A DNA stretch of 64,000 bases from Harriotta raleighana (lineage: Eukaryota). Within the stretch, counting starts at the first letter, position 1. The number at the start of each line of letters is the position of its first letter. Below are positions 51,546 through 64,000 of the stretch, piece after piece. The notes under the pieces were generated by a model. That model had not been told where the DNA came from, searched no databases, and saw only the letters and a program-made list of their open reading frames with translations. Both the position numbers and the translations under genes were made by a program. The stretch covers positions 4,609,036-4,673,035 of the forward strand of contig JBNZDD010013726.1 in NCBI GenBank assembly GCA_050575255.1, given 5' to 3'.

Positions 51546-54165
51546 TGAAATATAAGAAATGTGTGAGATTGGCTGAGATTCACTCACTCCTCTATTTCCC
51601 CTGTCTCTCTAACTTTGTAATTGGGGGAAAATATCAGCATCCACGCAAGCATCTCAATTTGCTGAATGAGACAATCTGAGGCATCGCTGATATGAACTGG
51701 AAGTCTACCATTCGATGGCTCAGTGAGTTAGTACACCATCACAATGCAATATCAGGGTAGTCTTTCAATATCAACAATATTAAGAGAACTGAACTTCTTT
51801 TGTAGGATGTTTGTGCCCAGAAGCTAAAAGAACCAGGAGCTGCAGATCTTTTTGTAAGATGTAATTTTACTGGATGTGTATTGACAATATTTGAATACCA
51901 GTTTGAGTGAGTAACTATATCTATCTTCAAGTGAGATAAAAGGAACTATTGTGGCTAAAATGAAGTCAGTTAGAGCTTAGGTTGGTCTTCAATGTGTTCT
52001 ACAATTAAATCATTTCACTTGTACAACTTGAGCCCAAATACCCACATAGCAGCTTGTGGTTCATTGCCAACACTTGCACTGCCTTATGCCACTCCTTCAT
52101 CTGAAAATAAGAATGTTATACATCCATCATATACTGACGTGGCCTGAAAGAGTAAACAAGTATTTTTTTTTACAATTCAAGGACTGCAAAACTAATGTAG
52201 AATTCATGCAATGAAAAATGTTGCCCTAAAAATACTGTCATTCTTTTATTTTTACATCTAGTATGAACTCCAGTTATTCCAGTTATCTTTTCTGTCAAGC
52301 AAGATAAACATAAGCATAGATGCTGTTTCAATGGGGCTTCATCTTATTTCTGTCCTGAACACACACCTCATACAGTTCTTGTAAATTTTGAACAATCTGC
52401 TGTAATATCGCTGAACATTTGTAATTATTTGATGACATATACTAAATTCACAAGAGTGAATAATCCAGCTGGTTATTGAAAATGTTACTTTCAAGTAACC
52501 AGAATGGCAGAAATAAGCAGGGAATAGAGTTATATCATCGAAATAGAAGTAATACGTGAAACTATATAATGATAGTAAATGATACGCCTCATTTCTATCT
52601 TACAATGTAATCTAAAGGTGTTAGATGTGGTATTTTGCATAAAACTGTTAGTGATTTATATATTAATAGCATATTAATGAATTATTAAACGTACAACAAT
52701 GACTTTGGCAACCAGATGAAAGAATACATTTATAAAATATATAAAGTCTGTTATCTGGTATTTAGAATTCTTCATTTATATTCATTTATTCCAGCCAGCC
52801 AGCCAGTTGTAGACAATCAATTCATTGTCCAGTTTGCTAACATTCCACATTTTTGTCTTAATGAAATTCCAATGCATATAAAACTAACAGGTTCTGCTTG
52901 GAATATTTCCTAATAGCAGAACAACGTACCAAAGTTCTCCTGCTGATTTAAGGCAACCATTCATCACTACAGTAGCCCTGAAAGAAATGCAGAGACTTGA
53001 TGTGATTCTGGAAACAAGTCTGAACAAAAGAATTCTTTGTAAAATCATAATTGCTCATCAACTGTTACAAATACATAACCTAATGCTTAACCAGCATAGC
53101 AGATATTAACATGCATACACCGAGTCAGTGTGTGAATCTGTGTAAATAATATAACACCTAAATCAGTTATGTCAATAATATTTCCTGAGGCAAAAAATAT
53201 TTATTATCACATGTTTAGTGGAAGAAGTAGCCAAAAGCAAGGTTTTTCTTTATAAAGTGATCCTAATCTGATGATGGCCAAATTGACTTTCTATGAGTTT
53301 TTGTAATGGCAGGAATGAATGCCAGTAATAGTTTAATCTGGCTGATTTCCATCAAATTATATTTTTTCTGTTGTGTTTCTATTACTTTTTCCCTACAAAT
53401 TAGTCATTGGAACCACATATACCTGCATTAATAAGGGTGGACAACAACAACAAATACAATAAATTTATATCCAGAGAACATCTAAAAGCTTCACACAGCT
53501 GAAAGACACAAAGAGGGGACTTACTGCATGACGTTTACGAGTATCCCACCAATATAACCTACAAGGAAAGCAATACTGTGGAAACACCATTACTCCACCA
53601 TTTCTCACACCATTAAATTGAATAATTGCTTCCGTAGAAATAATCAATTGAAATTCAATGTTTTAGTCTGACAGTTGCCAAACAACAATGCTAGGGTTCC
53701 ACTAACCACATGAGATATAGTTCCAAACTGTTGGTATTTCATTACATAAACTGCAGAATTAAATAGGCAAATGTTAGTGTTAGTGTGAAACTGTGTGAGA
53801 AAGTAGGAAATCATGGTATGAGAAATGGTAACCCATCTCCTTTGAACAAATGAAACCTCAAACCTATTGCCCTGGACTTCACCCAACCATTCGCTCTCTC
53901 TAGACCCCAAGACAATCAAACAAATACTCTTCTGGGAACAAGATTCAAATCCAGCTCCAAGTGATTGGATGGAAGTACTGTGCTGTCTGTACAATACAAA
54001 GTAAAATGAATTTGGGCAATTTTAGCCCAATTTTCATTGAGTTTAAGGTTAGAGTCCAAAACTCTGAGAATCCTGTATAAGTTAGCATGTGCAAATCTGT
54101 AATTTCATTACAAAGTGGCATGAGAATCACTCACATTCAAGTGAAATAGGAGAGGACCATTTTAC

Positions 54166-54288
54166 GGGGTTATGGAGAGAGAGGCAGGGAGTGGGATTGA
54201 CTCTGAATGGCTCTTTTCAAAGAGCTGGCACAGACTTGATGGGCCAAATGGCCTCCCTTTGTGCTGTAAAATTCTATGATTCTATGAA
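54166..54288 (+). mobile_element. CR1 LINE 3'UTR fragment
   Basis: GAGCTGGCACAGACTTGATGGGCCAAATGGCCTCCCTTTGTGCTGTAAAATTCTATGATTCTATGA, with the canonical CR1 (ATTCTATG)n terminus. Confidence 0.85.
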
Positions 54289-57200
54289 ATGATTTCATAC
54301 AGATGAAGTGACATAGGACCCTACATTGTTGGTGTGGATTGTAAGGAAATTTACTCTCCCTCTAATCAGCCATACCTGATCTGGGAATACTCAACGTTTA
54401 CACCAGGGACAAACAAGAAAAAGCTCTGACATTCTTTCCCTTCTCACCAAAGCAGGTTTTTTTAATCTATTTTTTAAAAAAATCTTTTCCCATATGGAAG
54501 CAGCACCGCCAGCAGATTGATTAGTAGAAATTCACAAGGCCCACAGCAAGTAAACACATTTGTGTTATTCCATTATTGAGCTACAAATGTAATATTGTAG
54601 CTGGAAAGCCATGACATTGAATGGTGTGATGCAACCTAGTACTTTCTATAGCTCAAAGGTTGGGTTCAATTATGCAATGAGCAATTTTTATTGCCCACAA
54701 TTTGATTCTGCACTATAAATCATACAGGCATAAATTACCATCCAGAATAAATAAAAGTAATTTGAGTCTAATTTGATGCATTGCAAGATAAGCAACACAG
54801 TGTATGGAAAACATTAAAACACTTCATTTTCAAGAATAAACAATTTGAAAGAATGATCAATTTAAAGTACAAAACATGACCATTAACATTACCACTACAC
54901 TCATTTCCAAAATGCTTGAATCATTGGCCACTGATGGTTTCTCCTTTCTTAAATTGCAAGCATTCGCTGGAACCAAGGGCAATGTGAGAATGCCAATGGT
55001 GTATGATGAGACCTCAGACTTTGCCAAGACAAAGCCTACAAGGCAATAGATTTCATTGGAGCCTCTGAGAGGTTCTTTACCTTGGTTATCACCCAGTCAG
55101 AGCAACATCAAAGTCCATAGGCAGTCAAGCCAAGGGATTGTACAGCCAAGGAAACTAAATTGGCACACCCTAGAGATGATGGGTAAATGAACAAAAGCTA
55201 AAATCACTTCTCCAGTTAGAGAGAATTCATCAGATTAAATAATTTTATAGCGAAACATGTCACTGCTACTATTAACGCGACCTGATCATAAATAGCAATG
55301 TAAAATCACAATCCTCACTTGTATGAGACAAATCAGCACACAAAAAAGACATCCTGGAGGACAAGATATTTATGCAGCTATAGTATTTGTATGCATTCAT
55401 GGATGGCGGCATAGGTTTCTTATATGAAAATCTGTCATGATTGTAGTACTTGTGGGAAGTCATTCATTCATCAATATTTCCTAACAAAGTGAGTGCATTT
55501 CTGCAGAATACACAACAAAATGATTTGCTTTGAAAAAACTGCATTTATGTAGGATTTTTTCATTGCTTAGTAATGCAATCAGCCAAAAACGATGCTACTT
55601 CACATGGCAAAATATGCTGTGCTTATGAAAGATTATCCTGTCATCTGATATTGCACAACAAACTGTACATAAGGCAGACTTACAAAAATATGGTGTTCTC
55701 CACTGTTTCACAATGCACCCAAAAGGGCTTGATTGTGTTTAATGTTGCACAATATTGATGTGAAATACTGTGATATATTTCACAAATATTTGATCCAATA
55801 AACATACTACAGTACAATGATAGGGAGTACAATCTGCTGAAGTCAACATAAACTGCTCATAAACTGCCCCGAGGAAAAGAATGTTAATAAAGCCATGCTA
55901 GAAATCAGTTGAAAAGTGGTAAATACGATAAGAATAGAAAATATAAACATGGAAATGTCACTGGAAATGGAAAATATTTCAGCATGTTGTGAGGTTTAAT
56001 TAAATACAGAATAATGGATTCCTGGAAGTGATTACAAGGCAGTAATCTATTCGAGGTGTTCAAATGACATCATAAACCCTGAGAGGAAAGCTCAAGGGAT
56101 TCATAGCTATCATCTGAACCCTGAGGTTAAATTACAGGCTTGAAATTATTCCATATATCTGTGTTTTTAATATGTAATGCGTTAGTTTAATGTTTAATAG
56201 TGTTTGGTGGCTGTGTTTTTTTTGGTGCCAGTAGAAGCTGTCAGTTTGGACACTGCTTGTCAGTGTGTTTTGTGTCCTTGAGGCGGAAAGAGTTTCTCAC
56301 AAGATTAACAATTTGTTTCAGGTTTCAAATCTGCTTTTGATTACATGAAAATGCATGCATCTAAAATACACTGAAGATAACATTGAGCATCCAATTCAAA
56401 AGAAAAAAAATCGAAAAGTATGAATAGCGTGTTAGAGTGGGGCAAACATTAATTCAATCTATACTAAGAACTAAGTGCTCTGAAGTTTTTAGTTCAAAAT
56501 ACACCCTACATGCACTGAAACAAAAAGAGCTTTGTCTTACAAACCAAGCAATAAATACAGTGTACTTAGTTCAAACTCCCACTAATATTTAGAGAGTAAA
56601 CACTAATGAAATTAATTATTGTGAGGCACCAGCTAAAACAAGCCATAAATCACCAAGATAATTGCCACTTCTAGATATGCTCCAGATATACATTTACAAC
56701 AATGTAAACATACATTGTAGCAATAGGAAAGCATGAATTTCAGATGAGCTGGAACTCAAGTTTCCACTTGATCATTAACAATATGATCATGTCGCAAGAC
56801 CAGTTTACCATTTTGGAAAGCAGCCAAGTCAGATGATTAAGAAGGCTTATCGAGTCTTGTGACAATAAAATGCTTTTTTTTAAAAAAAGCAATGCGATAA
56901 ATTTGCATTATTTCAGAGGGTGTTTATGAATGTATGATCAGGTGCACTTATTATAGTTCCCAGTATGTTTACTTCCAAAAGAAAGCCAAAGAAGATGAAA
57001 GCAGCCACATCAGTGTTTACAGATGCCTGAATAGGGAACAGACAATCTGGAGCAGGCCTATTTTCAAAACCATCCAGTGTCGGATGACAGGAAGTTACTT
57101 TTGAAGTTTAATAAAAAATCTGAACAACATTTTTAGCTTCGTAAAATAACAAGCATCAAGTGTTTACAAAAGAATAGCACCATCAGGAATTCTCATTTCC

Positions 57201-60169
57201 AGTTGCAAGGATAAAAGAAAGAACATTGTAAACAAATTACTGAGGTTTTTGTTTCAAAGTGCACTCTGTGAAAAGTCATATCCATTTTACAAGTCCTAGT
57301 CCTAGAATACATTTCAAATAATGGATGGTCAGGAATGCATTCCAAATTTGTATGCAGCCTGAGTTGGTTTTGGCTTGGTGCCAGGAATACACATCCAGGC
57401 CTGAAATTAACCATTCTCCACCATCTGTTATTTTCTATATATCTAAATACAGAGAATGCTCATTTTTATAATGCACTCTGTCATTTAAAAGATGCCTCAA
57501 ATGACTTTAGGATTTAGATTGAGTATGCTTAGTTTTTTTAATGTTTATTTTGTACAATGTTTTCTTCATGTTGGCTGAAAATAACTGCAAATCTGGAATG
57601 TGCACAAATGTTCTGGACTCCTATTAACTGAGACAAACACAAACTGTGCTCACTGCACACTTTACTTGAATAAGTTGTAAAGGACTAACAGTGGGCACTT
57701 CTGCAGATGTTCAAGAAGGCAGAAAACAGATGGGAAGAAACTAATAAGTAAAATACATCAGGGGCTGACAATTGTAATTGTGACACTTTTGAGCCTAGCA
57801 ATTTTATTCGGGTTTCAAGATCTGCAGTCTTTTTTTCTTTGATGAACCTACAAACCTCATTTTATTCTTAAATTATTCTTAAGAGAAATACACTAATATG
57901 GAATTAGACCCCAAATCACAGAAGATTTAATTTGCAGTATAACTTTCCAATGTTAAATATCTGCCTCCTTGTGCATAAGGAGCCAAAGATCACATTAAAG
58001 CTGCATTACATTCAGCTAATGTAAAGTTGTAATAAATTATTAACTACTCGAAGGAGGGGGACATTTCAAGTATCAACAGTTTAATTCTTATATTATCCAC
58101 TGTATTAAATTGTTTAAACTGTTAGCTCTTGAAAAATTCTCCCATACCAAGTGGATTATTCTAGCCAGCAATTTATTGCCATGGTAACCAGAAAATAGGG
58201 AGCACATTTTCCACTCTATATAACTTTAACACAGTGCATTTCAAGCATGCATGCTTGATCACAAAGCAGTTTTGAGTTATTTAGATTTTTATCCAGAAAT
58301 ACGATTTTACGGCTTGAAGTGCCCAGCATCACATTTTGATATCAGAACATGTACACAAAAATTGCAATTCAAAAAAAAAAGTAAAATGTTCTTGGCATAA
58401 TGTATAACTAATGAATGCTTCGGAATGAGTCACAGGCAGTAACCCAATCGAGAGGCTCAAATGTCACCATAAACTGCAAGGACGAAACTCAGGTAGTTTA
58501 TAAATACTGATCGAAACTTGAGATAAGGATATAGCATTGGACCTGTGCCTGGCAGCTATTATTAATTTAATATATACTGTGTATGCAATTTATGTGTATG
58601 AGGGAAAATTATTATTTTTTTGGCCAAAGTTCTTGTGTTTCTTGCTGTTTTTAATAGTGTTTCAAAATAGCGCAGCAAAACAAAATGGAAGTGATTACTG
58701 CAGTTTTATTGACAAAGAATAATTCTCAGAAAAATATGGGGAAATTCCACGTGCAGAATATTCCAGAGTAATGCAATAATACCTAAATTACTGTTCACTG
58801 CACATTAGATTCACATGTTGAACACTATCAAATGATTGATATTTATAATGCTTTCAACAGTTGTTTGTACAGTCAATAATGTCCTAAATATATTATTATC
58901 TGTGCAAATGAGTCACCACCTTCTGTATTTTTCCATCCAGTCTGCCCAGAACAGCAGCTTGTGAATGCTTTTAATTTCCAACATGCTTTTCAATCCCAAA
59001 GCACTTGAATGTAATGTGGAAGAAAGGAACGAGTTTGAATTTACAGTTACAGTGATTGGTAATAATCTGTAAAGAAACTAATTAAAGTAATTTGATAACA
59101 TAATGGCAACTGGAGTAAGAAAATACCAGTGTTCTAAAGTTCAAGGTTAATACTTCCAAGTAAAGTAAACACAACCAACCCTGCCAACTGCATTTTGTCA
59201 GTTCTACTCACTTACCTGGCAGGCGTCCAATAGAATGTGATTTTGCAGTAGAAATACCTGATCCAGATTACAACACAGTCCTTCTCAAGGCTGATATCAT
59301 CTCCACTTATGTTACATAGAAGCTATAGAATTTTGCAATCTCCAAACTATACATGACTATATACTTCCTTCTCCAACCAAAGTGAAATGCACACTCATCC
59401 TATTTAGCACACAGTCCTGTTTAGCAAAATCATCAACAAACAATGCCACAGACAAGATAACACATAGAATATGCAAGATAATTAGTACATATGTCTCTTT
59501 TTACTTCTGAGTTACAAATGTCTATTAAAGCGTAAACTAAATACTTTTATCCAGTCCAAATGTTCAAAATTATTTTACAAACATGGCTGTGCTCTGAAGA
59601 AGGAAGTGATAATTCACTGTAACATATTTATCTTTCTTTACTCATTGCCTTACCCAGCAGGGACTTCTAAGTTAAATAGAGAATTTAAAGAATGTGAACA
59701 GTAATCACATCCACTAATTTTGACCTCTGAAAATGAGTATTGTAATAATTCACTAAAACTCCACTTCAACATGATAATTGGAATTCAAAAAATAAGTTCC
59801 TTCAGCTCCCTCTTTTGTAAAGTTGGATTTATATACAAAGGAAATGCCTTCAAGGCTAAAATCTGGAATACTGAGCGTTAACTGTTACATAAAATTATTT
59901 TTAAAATTGCCTTACATGTACAATGAAACCTGCCTCGTTTTAATAGCTATCGAAGTTACACCACGTTTCTGGTTTCGATAGTCCAGTTTTTTCAATATAA
60001 TTTTAACTGTCTATTGCGTGAGTTTAGTCAAACAAAATGACATCAGTATTGGCACACCTGCAATAATGTTGCAATTAGTTTTTTTAAAAATTATATAACA
60101 CAAGGAATATTAGCTCATACAGTATTGCCGGTGAATCAGACAAACCCTATCTCTCAAGGCAGTTTGTTT

Positions 60170-60285
60170 ATCAATCAATCCAAATTACATTTATATAGAG
60201 TCTTTCACATTGGGAGGACGTCCCAAGGCGCTGACAGTCAAGTAGGGATCAGTGCTGTGGTGGGTGGGGTGGGAGGGGGAAGGAA
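60170..60285 (-). mobile_element. L2-type 3' end fragment
   Basis: AAATTACATTTATATAGAGTCTTTCAC...GGACGTCCCAAGGCGCTGACAGTC followed by a G-rich tract; homologous to 37250-37360. Confidence 0.7.
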
Positions 60286-60487
60286 AGTAGGAAAAAAAAA
60301 TCACCATCCACTATCCAATCAGTCCATGAAAAGACCATTTACCTTTGGTGTGTGTATATATATATCATAACATTCACAGCATAAATAGTTCAATAAATGT
60401 TTAATGGCTACATTAAGCAATAGTTATTGACATGTATTTTTTAAGGACCATTACTGTACTTATTTGCAGCTGTAATTATTTTCACTT

Positions 60488-60521
60488 GCAGCGCCCCCTG
60501 TGTAGGATTACAAGAACTGCA
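60488..60521 (-). promoter_or_regulatory. CTCF-like site with upstream module
   Basis: Minus strand TGCAGTTCTTGTAATCCTACACAGGGGGCGCTGC: core CAGGGGGCGCT, with TGCAG starting 21 nt upstream. Confidence 0.6.
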
Positions 60522-61133
60522 AAGTTCTAACTGCATTAGGGGGTACTGGGCTGTCTGTTTGTTTTGGTCTAATGTCACTTGCCTCAGGAAAAGACATTTT
60601 CAGAGACATCCGACCCACATTCTTCAGTGAATCATCACAAATGTTTATATTTGTTTGCCCCTATGCGTAACATAGTCACTTATGGAGCGCTGACAACAGT
60701 TCATTTTGTAGCCTTTTGAGACCAAGGAATGACCCTGTCGCTTTTCAATCAGCTACTTGAATTCAGTTGTATGAAAATACCTAAAAATTATGTTAATTCA
60801 TTCGCTACCTTTCCGAAAATGCTTCCAAATTGTACATAACATAATAGCATAAATCACTGCTTATTTTAAAGCTAACTATGTGAAGGTTTCATTTCTCAAC
60901 AATATGGCATGATGATCCAGGAGATTGCCAAAAAGAGATAAGAGATAATGTTTCCTTTAGATTTGATTTCACTTAGTAATGTGAAAATGATACCAGTTCT
61001 TGCATCAGAATATATATTTCAGACAGTATTCTTAAGAAATTATGCAATCTTTTGGTTAAATATCCTAAAACTGTTTTAACTTCCTCAATTCTAAATTCTA
61101 GTTTCTGTCTTCCAATATAAGTTAAGTACTTAC

Positions 61134-61373
61134 CAAATTCATCACAAATGCTCTCATTTTCTATTAAAGCTGGATGATCAAATGTGTCACGGCAGTACAG
61201 AATTCGGGTACTTTCATTTAATATTGCAATGCCGCCCAAAGCCATCACAAATTCGTCCACTAGCCAGGAAGATGATCTGTCCTGAATCCTTTTAAGCATG
61301 GATTGATAGCGACAGTACTGTGGGTAACTGAGGATAATAACTTTTATATCATCGTCGTCATCATCATCTCCAC
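61134..61373 (-). CDS. ARID5B: ARID5B coding exon (human exon 4 equivalent; N-terminal region of the long isoform)
   Basis: Acceptor TTTCCTTTGTAG|GT, donor TTTG|GTAAGT; 240 nt, phase 1-1. Encodes GDDDDDDDIKVIILSYPQYCRYQSMLKRIQDRSSSWLVDEFVMALGGIAILNESTRILYCRDTFDHPALIENESICDEF, matching recalled vertebrate ARID5B (VIVLSYPQYCRYRSMLKRIQD...YCRDTFDHPTLIENESICDEF). Confidence 0.96.
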
Positions 61374-63175
61374 CTACAAAGGAAAACAGACATGACATTT
61401 TTGACTGAGAATGTTGCTACAATTATTTATGAAAGAAAATAGACTGTTGCCAGACAATATAAACCATCAGCATACAACACCCAATCCTTTTTAAAATTAA
61501 TACATTTCAAGCCACTGGAAAACCTAATGCATCATCCGTAATATCAAAGATTTGTTTCCATTGTCTATCGCACTGAACATTAGACAGAGTACTAATGTAG
61601 CAAGGAAAATATTGCAATCCATTATGACATAATATAACAAATAACCTTGAAGGCTCAATAATATGAATTGCTTAAAACACAATGCATTAAAAATTTACAT
61701 AGAGATACAATAAGCCCCATTATGAAGTTTATTATAAGATGCAAACTTACTCATTATCCATTTAAATATTTATTTGAAAGAGCATTCAAGCATAGCATAT
61801 ATATAATTAATGCATAACAAACAATCATTGAAATACAATTTTGGAAAGCACTTTGCTATAGTTGGAACTAACTTAGCCGATGGCAAGCTAAACAGGACTT
61901 GACAATATAATGGCTAATGGACTCATATTATCATGTACTAACTCGGCTTCATGGATACCACATTCAAAAGTTCTGACAGGTACACAATAATTTATCTGCA
62001 TTACTTGTTTTGATGGGCTAAACATGAACAATATATTTACTAGAAACATAGATCAATTGTATTGAACTAAATGCAGTAATTGATCTGATACAATGCATGA
62101 TCTGAATTACCTAAGAATGTTTAATATGACAAAATCGAATTAATGATCTTCCTTAATTTAATATATTTTCATGTAATCACATCAGGATGGCAAAATCTCA
62201 GCTGGGTAATACAGTAGAGCATGTAATACAACCTCAAATAAAGTTCTGCTATTGTTTTGTGAACAATGTTATTGAACCATTTCAAAATTGAATGATTGTG
62301 TCCATTGGACAAATCTACCAAGTACCAAACTATATATTCCAGGTTTGATCCTCTGATCTGTTCGATCGATATCTTAGCAGAGCAATGGCACAATCCTGCT
62401 AATGGTTACTTTCCTTGTCATTATCCAGAAACCGTTCATGGAAATTACTTTCATTAGATCTTAAATAATCTTAAATCTCCTCTCGTGTCTTGTACATTAA
62501 AAATGGCCAATAACAAAGGGTATCAGCTCTGCTTCATTTCAACATCAAACAAGTCTTCGGGAGAAGTCACGTTAGGAAAGAAAATAAAGTTATTATGAAG
62601 GGAAATATTAAAGCCTTTATATTTGAAACACTTTTTTTTAAATGTTAAAACTAAGATTGTTCCTATGACATTGCTATGTTTGATACCATCAAATTGGAAT
62701 TTATCAACACTTTTTTTTACAAAATGTAACCTTACATCTGACAGTATTTGTTCAGTTTATTGGAGGACATGAGCAAACTTCCAAATATTGAATGAAGTGA
62801 AATGCTAACATAAACCAGTTGCACTGAAAATTAAAACCTACAAATGCAAAATCACAAATGTTTCATCTGGGGGACAACAACTACTGTAATTGATGGGAAC
62901 AAGGAATTCCAAGGACTAAACAGCCGGGAAGCAGTAATTGAACAGAACTAAAGTAGCTCACAAATGATCAGTTAAATAACTGAGCTGTTTAAGGCAAGTG
63001 ACTCCATCAATTCACCTGAAGATGTAAATTAAGATTTGTGCAGTACCTTGGAAAATTCCATTTTGGGCTGGCAATTTTCTCACATGGAGCAATTTTACAC
63101 CTTGTACATATATGATCACCTTAAAAATGGATGTACCGTAACTATATCTGATTTTGACTGTAGTTATTACATTTA

Positions 63176-63244
63176 TCTATGTACCTATATTGTGTATTAC
63201 TCTATGTACCTATATTGTATATTTCTCTATGTACCTATATTATG
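63176..63244. repeat. 25-bp tandem repeat, ~2.8 copies
   Basis: TCTATGTACCTATATTGTGTATTAC / TCTATGTACCTATATTGTATATTTC / TCTATGTACCTATATTATG. Confidence 0.9.
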
Positions 63245-63248
63245 CACA

Positions 63249-63468
63249 AAACCTTGGGCAAGTCTCCTTACTCCACATGCCTAATAATAATCCCTCAAAA
63301 AAAATTGGTTATTTCAATCCACATGTGGGGACACTACTGCGCCCAATTGGCAGCCGCATTTCACCCACAAATATACAGTCAATTCACTTCACAGTTTTTC
63401 TGTGAAGCGCTTTGAGACGTCTAGAAGACGTGAAAAGTGCTATATCGAGTGCAAGGATTATTATTATT
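63249..63468 (+). mobile_element. SINE family A, 5'-truncated
   Basis: AACCTTGGGCAAGTCTCCTTACTCCAC...GAAGCGCTTTGAGACGTCTAGAAGACGTGAAAAGTGCTATATCGAGTGCAAGGATTATTATTATT. Confidence 0.85.
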
Positions 63469-64000
63469 GTAATTGCAACTGAGGGTTCAGACAGTGATTT
63501 ACATTTATGTTCAGCCAGTGAAAAACAAACATTCTGTCTTGTATTTTAAGATTTAATTCACACACTCACAATTACACTCATATATTCCTTCCACCAGCGG
63601 GCTATTGGAGAGCACATTCCCTATTTCTGAAAGCGACATTTGAAATACTGAATTTAATTTGTTATTGGCGAACGTCTATTTGCTTGTAATGGCAATAAGT
63701 ATCCACAGACTTTTGCAAAATTTATACTGCTTTTGCATTCAAGAAACTCAGAAATTATTTTTTGCATTATTAAAAGCAAGTTACTATATAACCCTTAATC
63801 ATATTCTAACTTATATTATATTATTCATACTATAATTACAGTTGAGCCCTTACATCAGCCTCTGTTGTTTTTATATCCCACCCATCCTATCCACCTATTT
63901 TCAAATGCAGCATACATGCTACTATTCTGCAACATCAACAGTTTTGACAAAGGGCACAGTTAAGAACTGAGCTCCAAGCTGTTTGGTTTTATTTCAATGC

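Noticed and set aside
56871-56891. Inverted repeat TGC-T8/A7-GCA
   Set aside because: Made of mononucleotide runs; low information.
9360-58920. About a dozen scattered AP-1 (TGASTCA) motifs
   Set aside because: The count is close to a rough chance expectation for this length and composition.
1-64000. CRISPR array, prokaryotic operon or viral system
   Set aside because: The sequence is a spliced vertebrate gene with retroelements; I saw no regularly spaced repeat-spacer array or dense gene cluster.

Overview
Eukaryotic, AT-rich vertebrate genomic DNA. The CR1/L2 LINE and DeuSINE-type repeats suggest a cartilaginous fish, possibly a chimaera such as the elephant shark (inference). Most of the window is the 3' part of one minus-strand gene, ARID5B (MRF2/DESRT). 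I reconstructed seven coding exons by hand, equivalent to human exons 4-10: 61373-61134, 32918-32800, 32582-32378, 29067-29015, 25797-25700, 15023-14825 and 8164-5954. All have GT-AG boundaries with matching phases; the 98-nt ARID exon at 25.7 kb is missing from the ORF track. Exons 1-3 lie beyond the right edge. There is a likely internal first exon (ATG-G|GT at 35326-35321) for the short isoform, and a ~2.2-kb 3'UTR with seven Pumilio elements and a duplicated poly(A) hexamer. The rest is intronic or intergenic DNA with SINE/LINE remnants, CTCF-like motifs and candidate enhancers. I found no prokaryote-type system (CRISPR, operon, phage) and no convincing wholly new gene. The best leads are regulatory features of ARID5B and a Ser at the position of human K336. 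Comparisons with human ARID5B and with repeat families are from memory, not database searches, and repeat boundaries are approximate.
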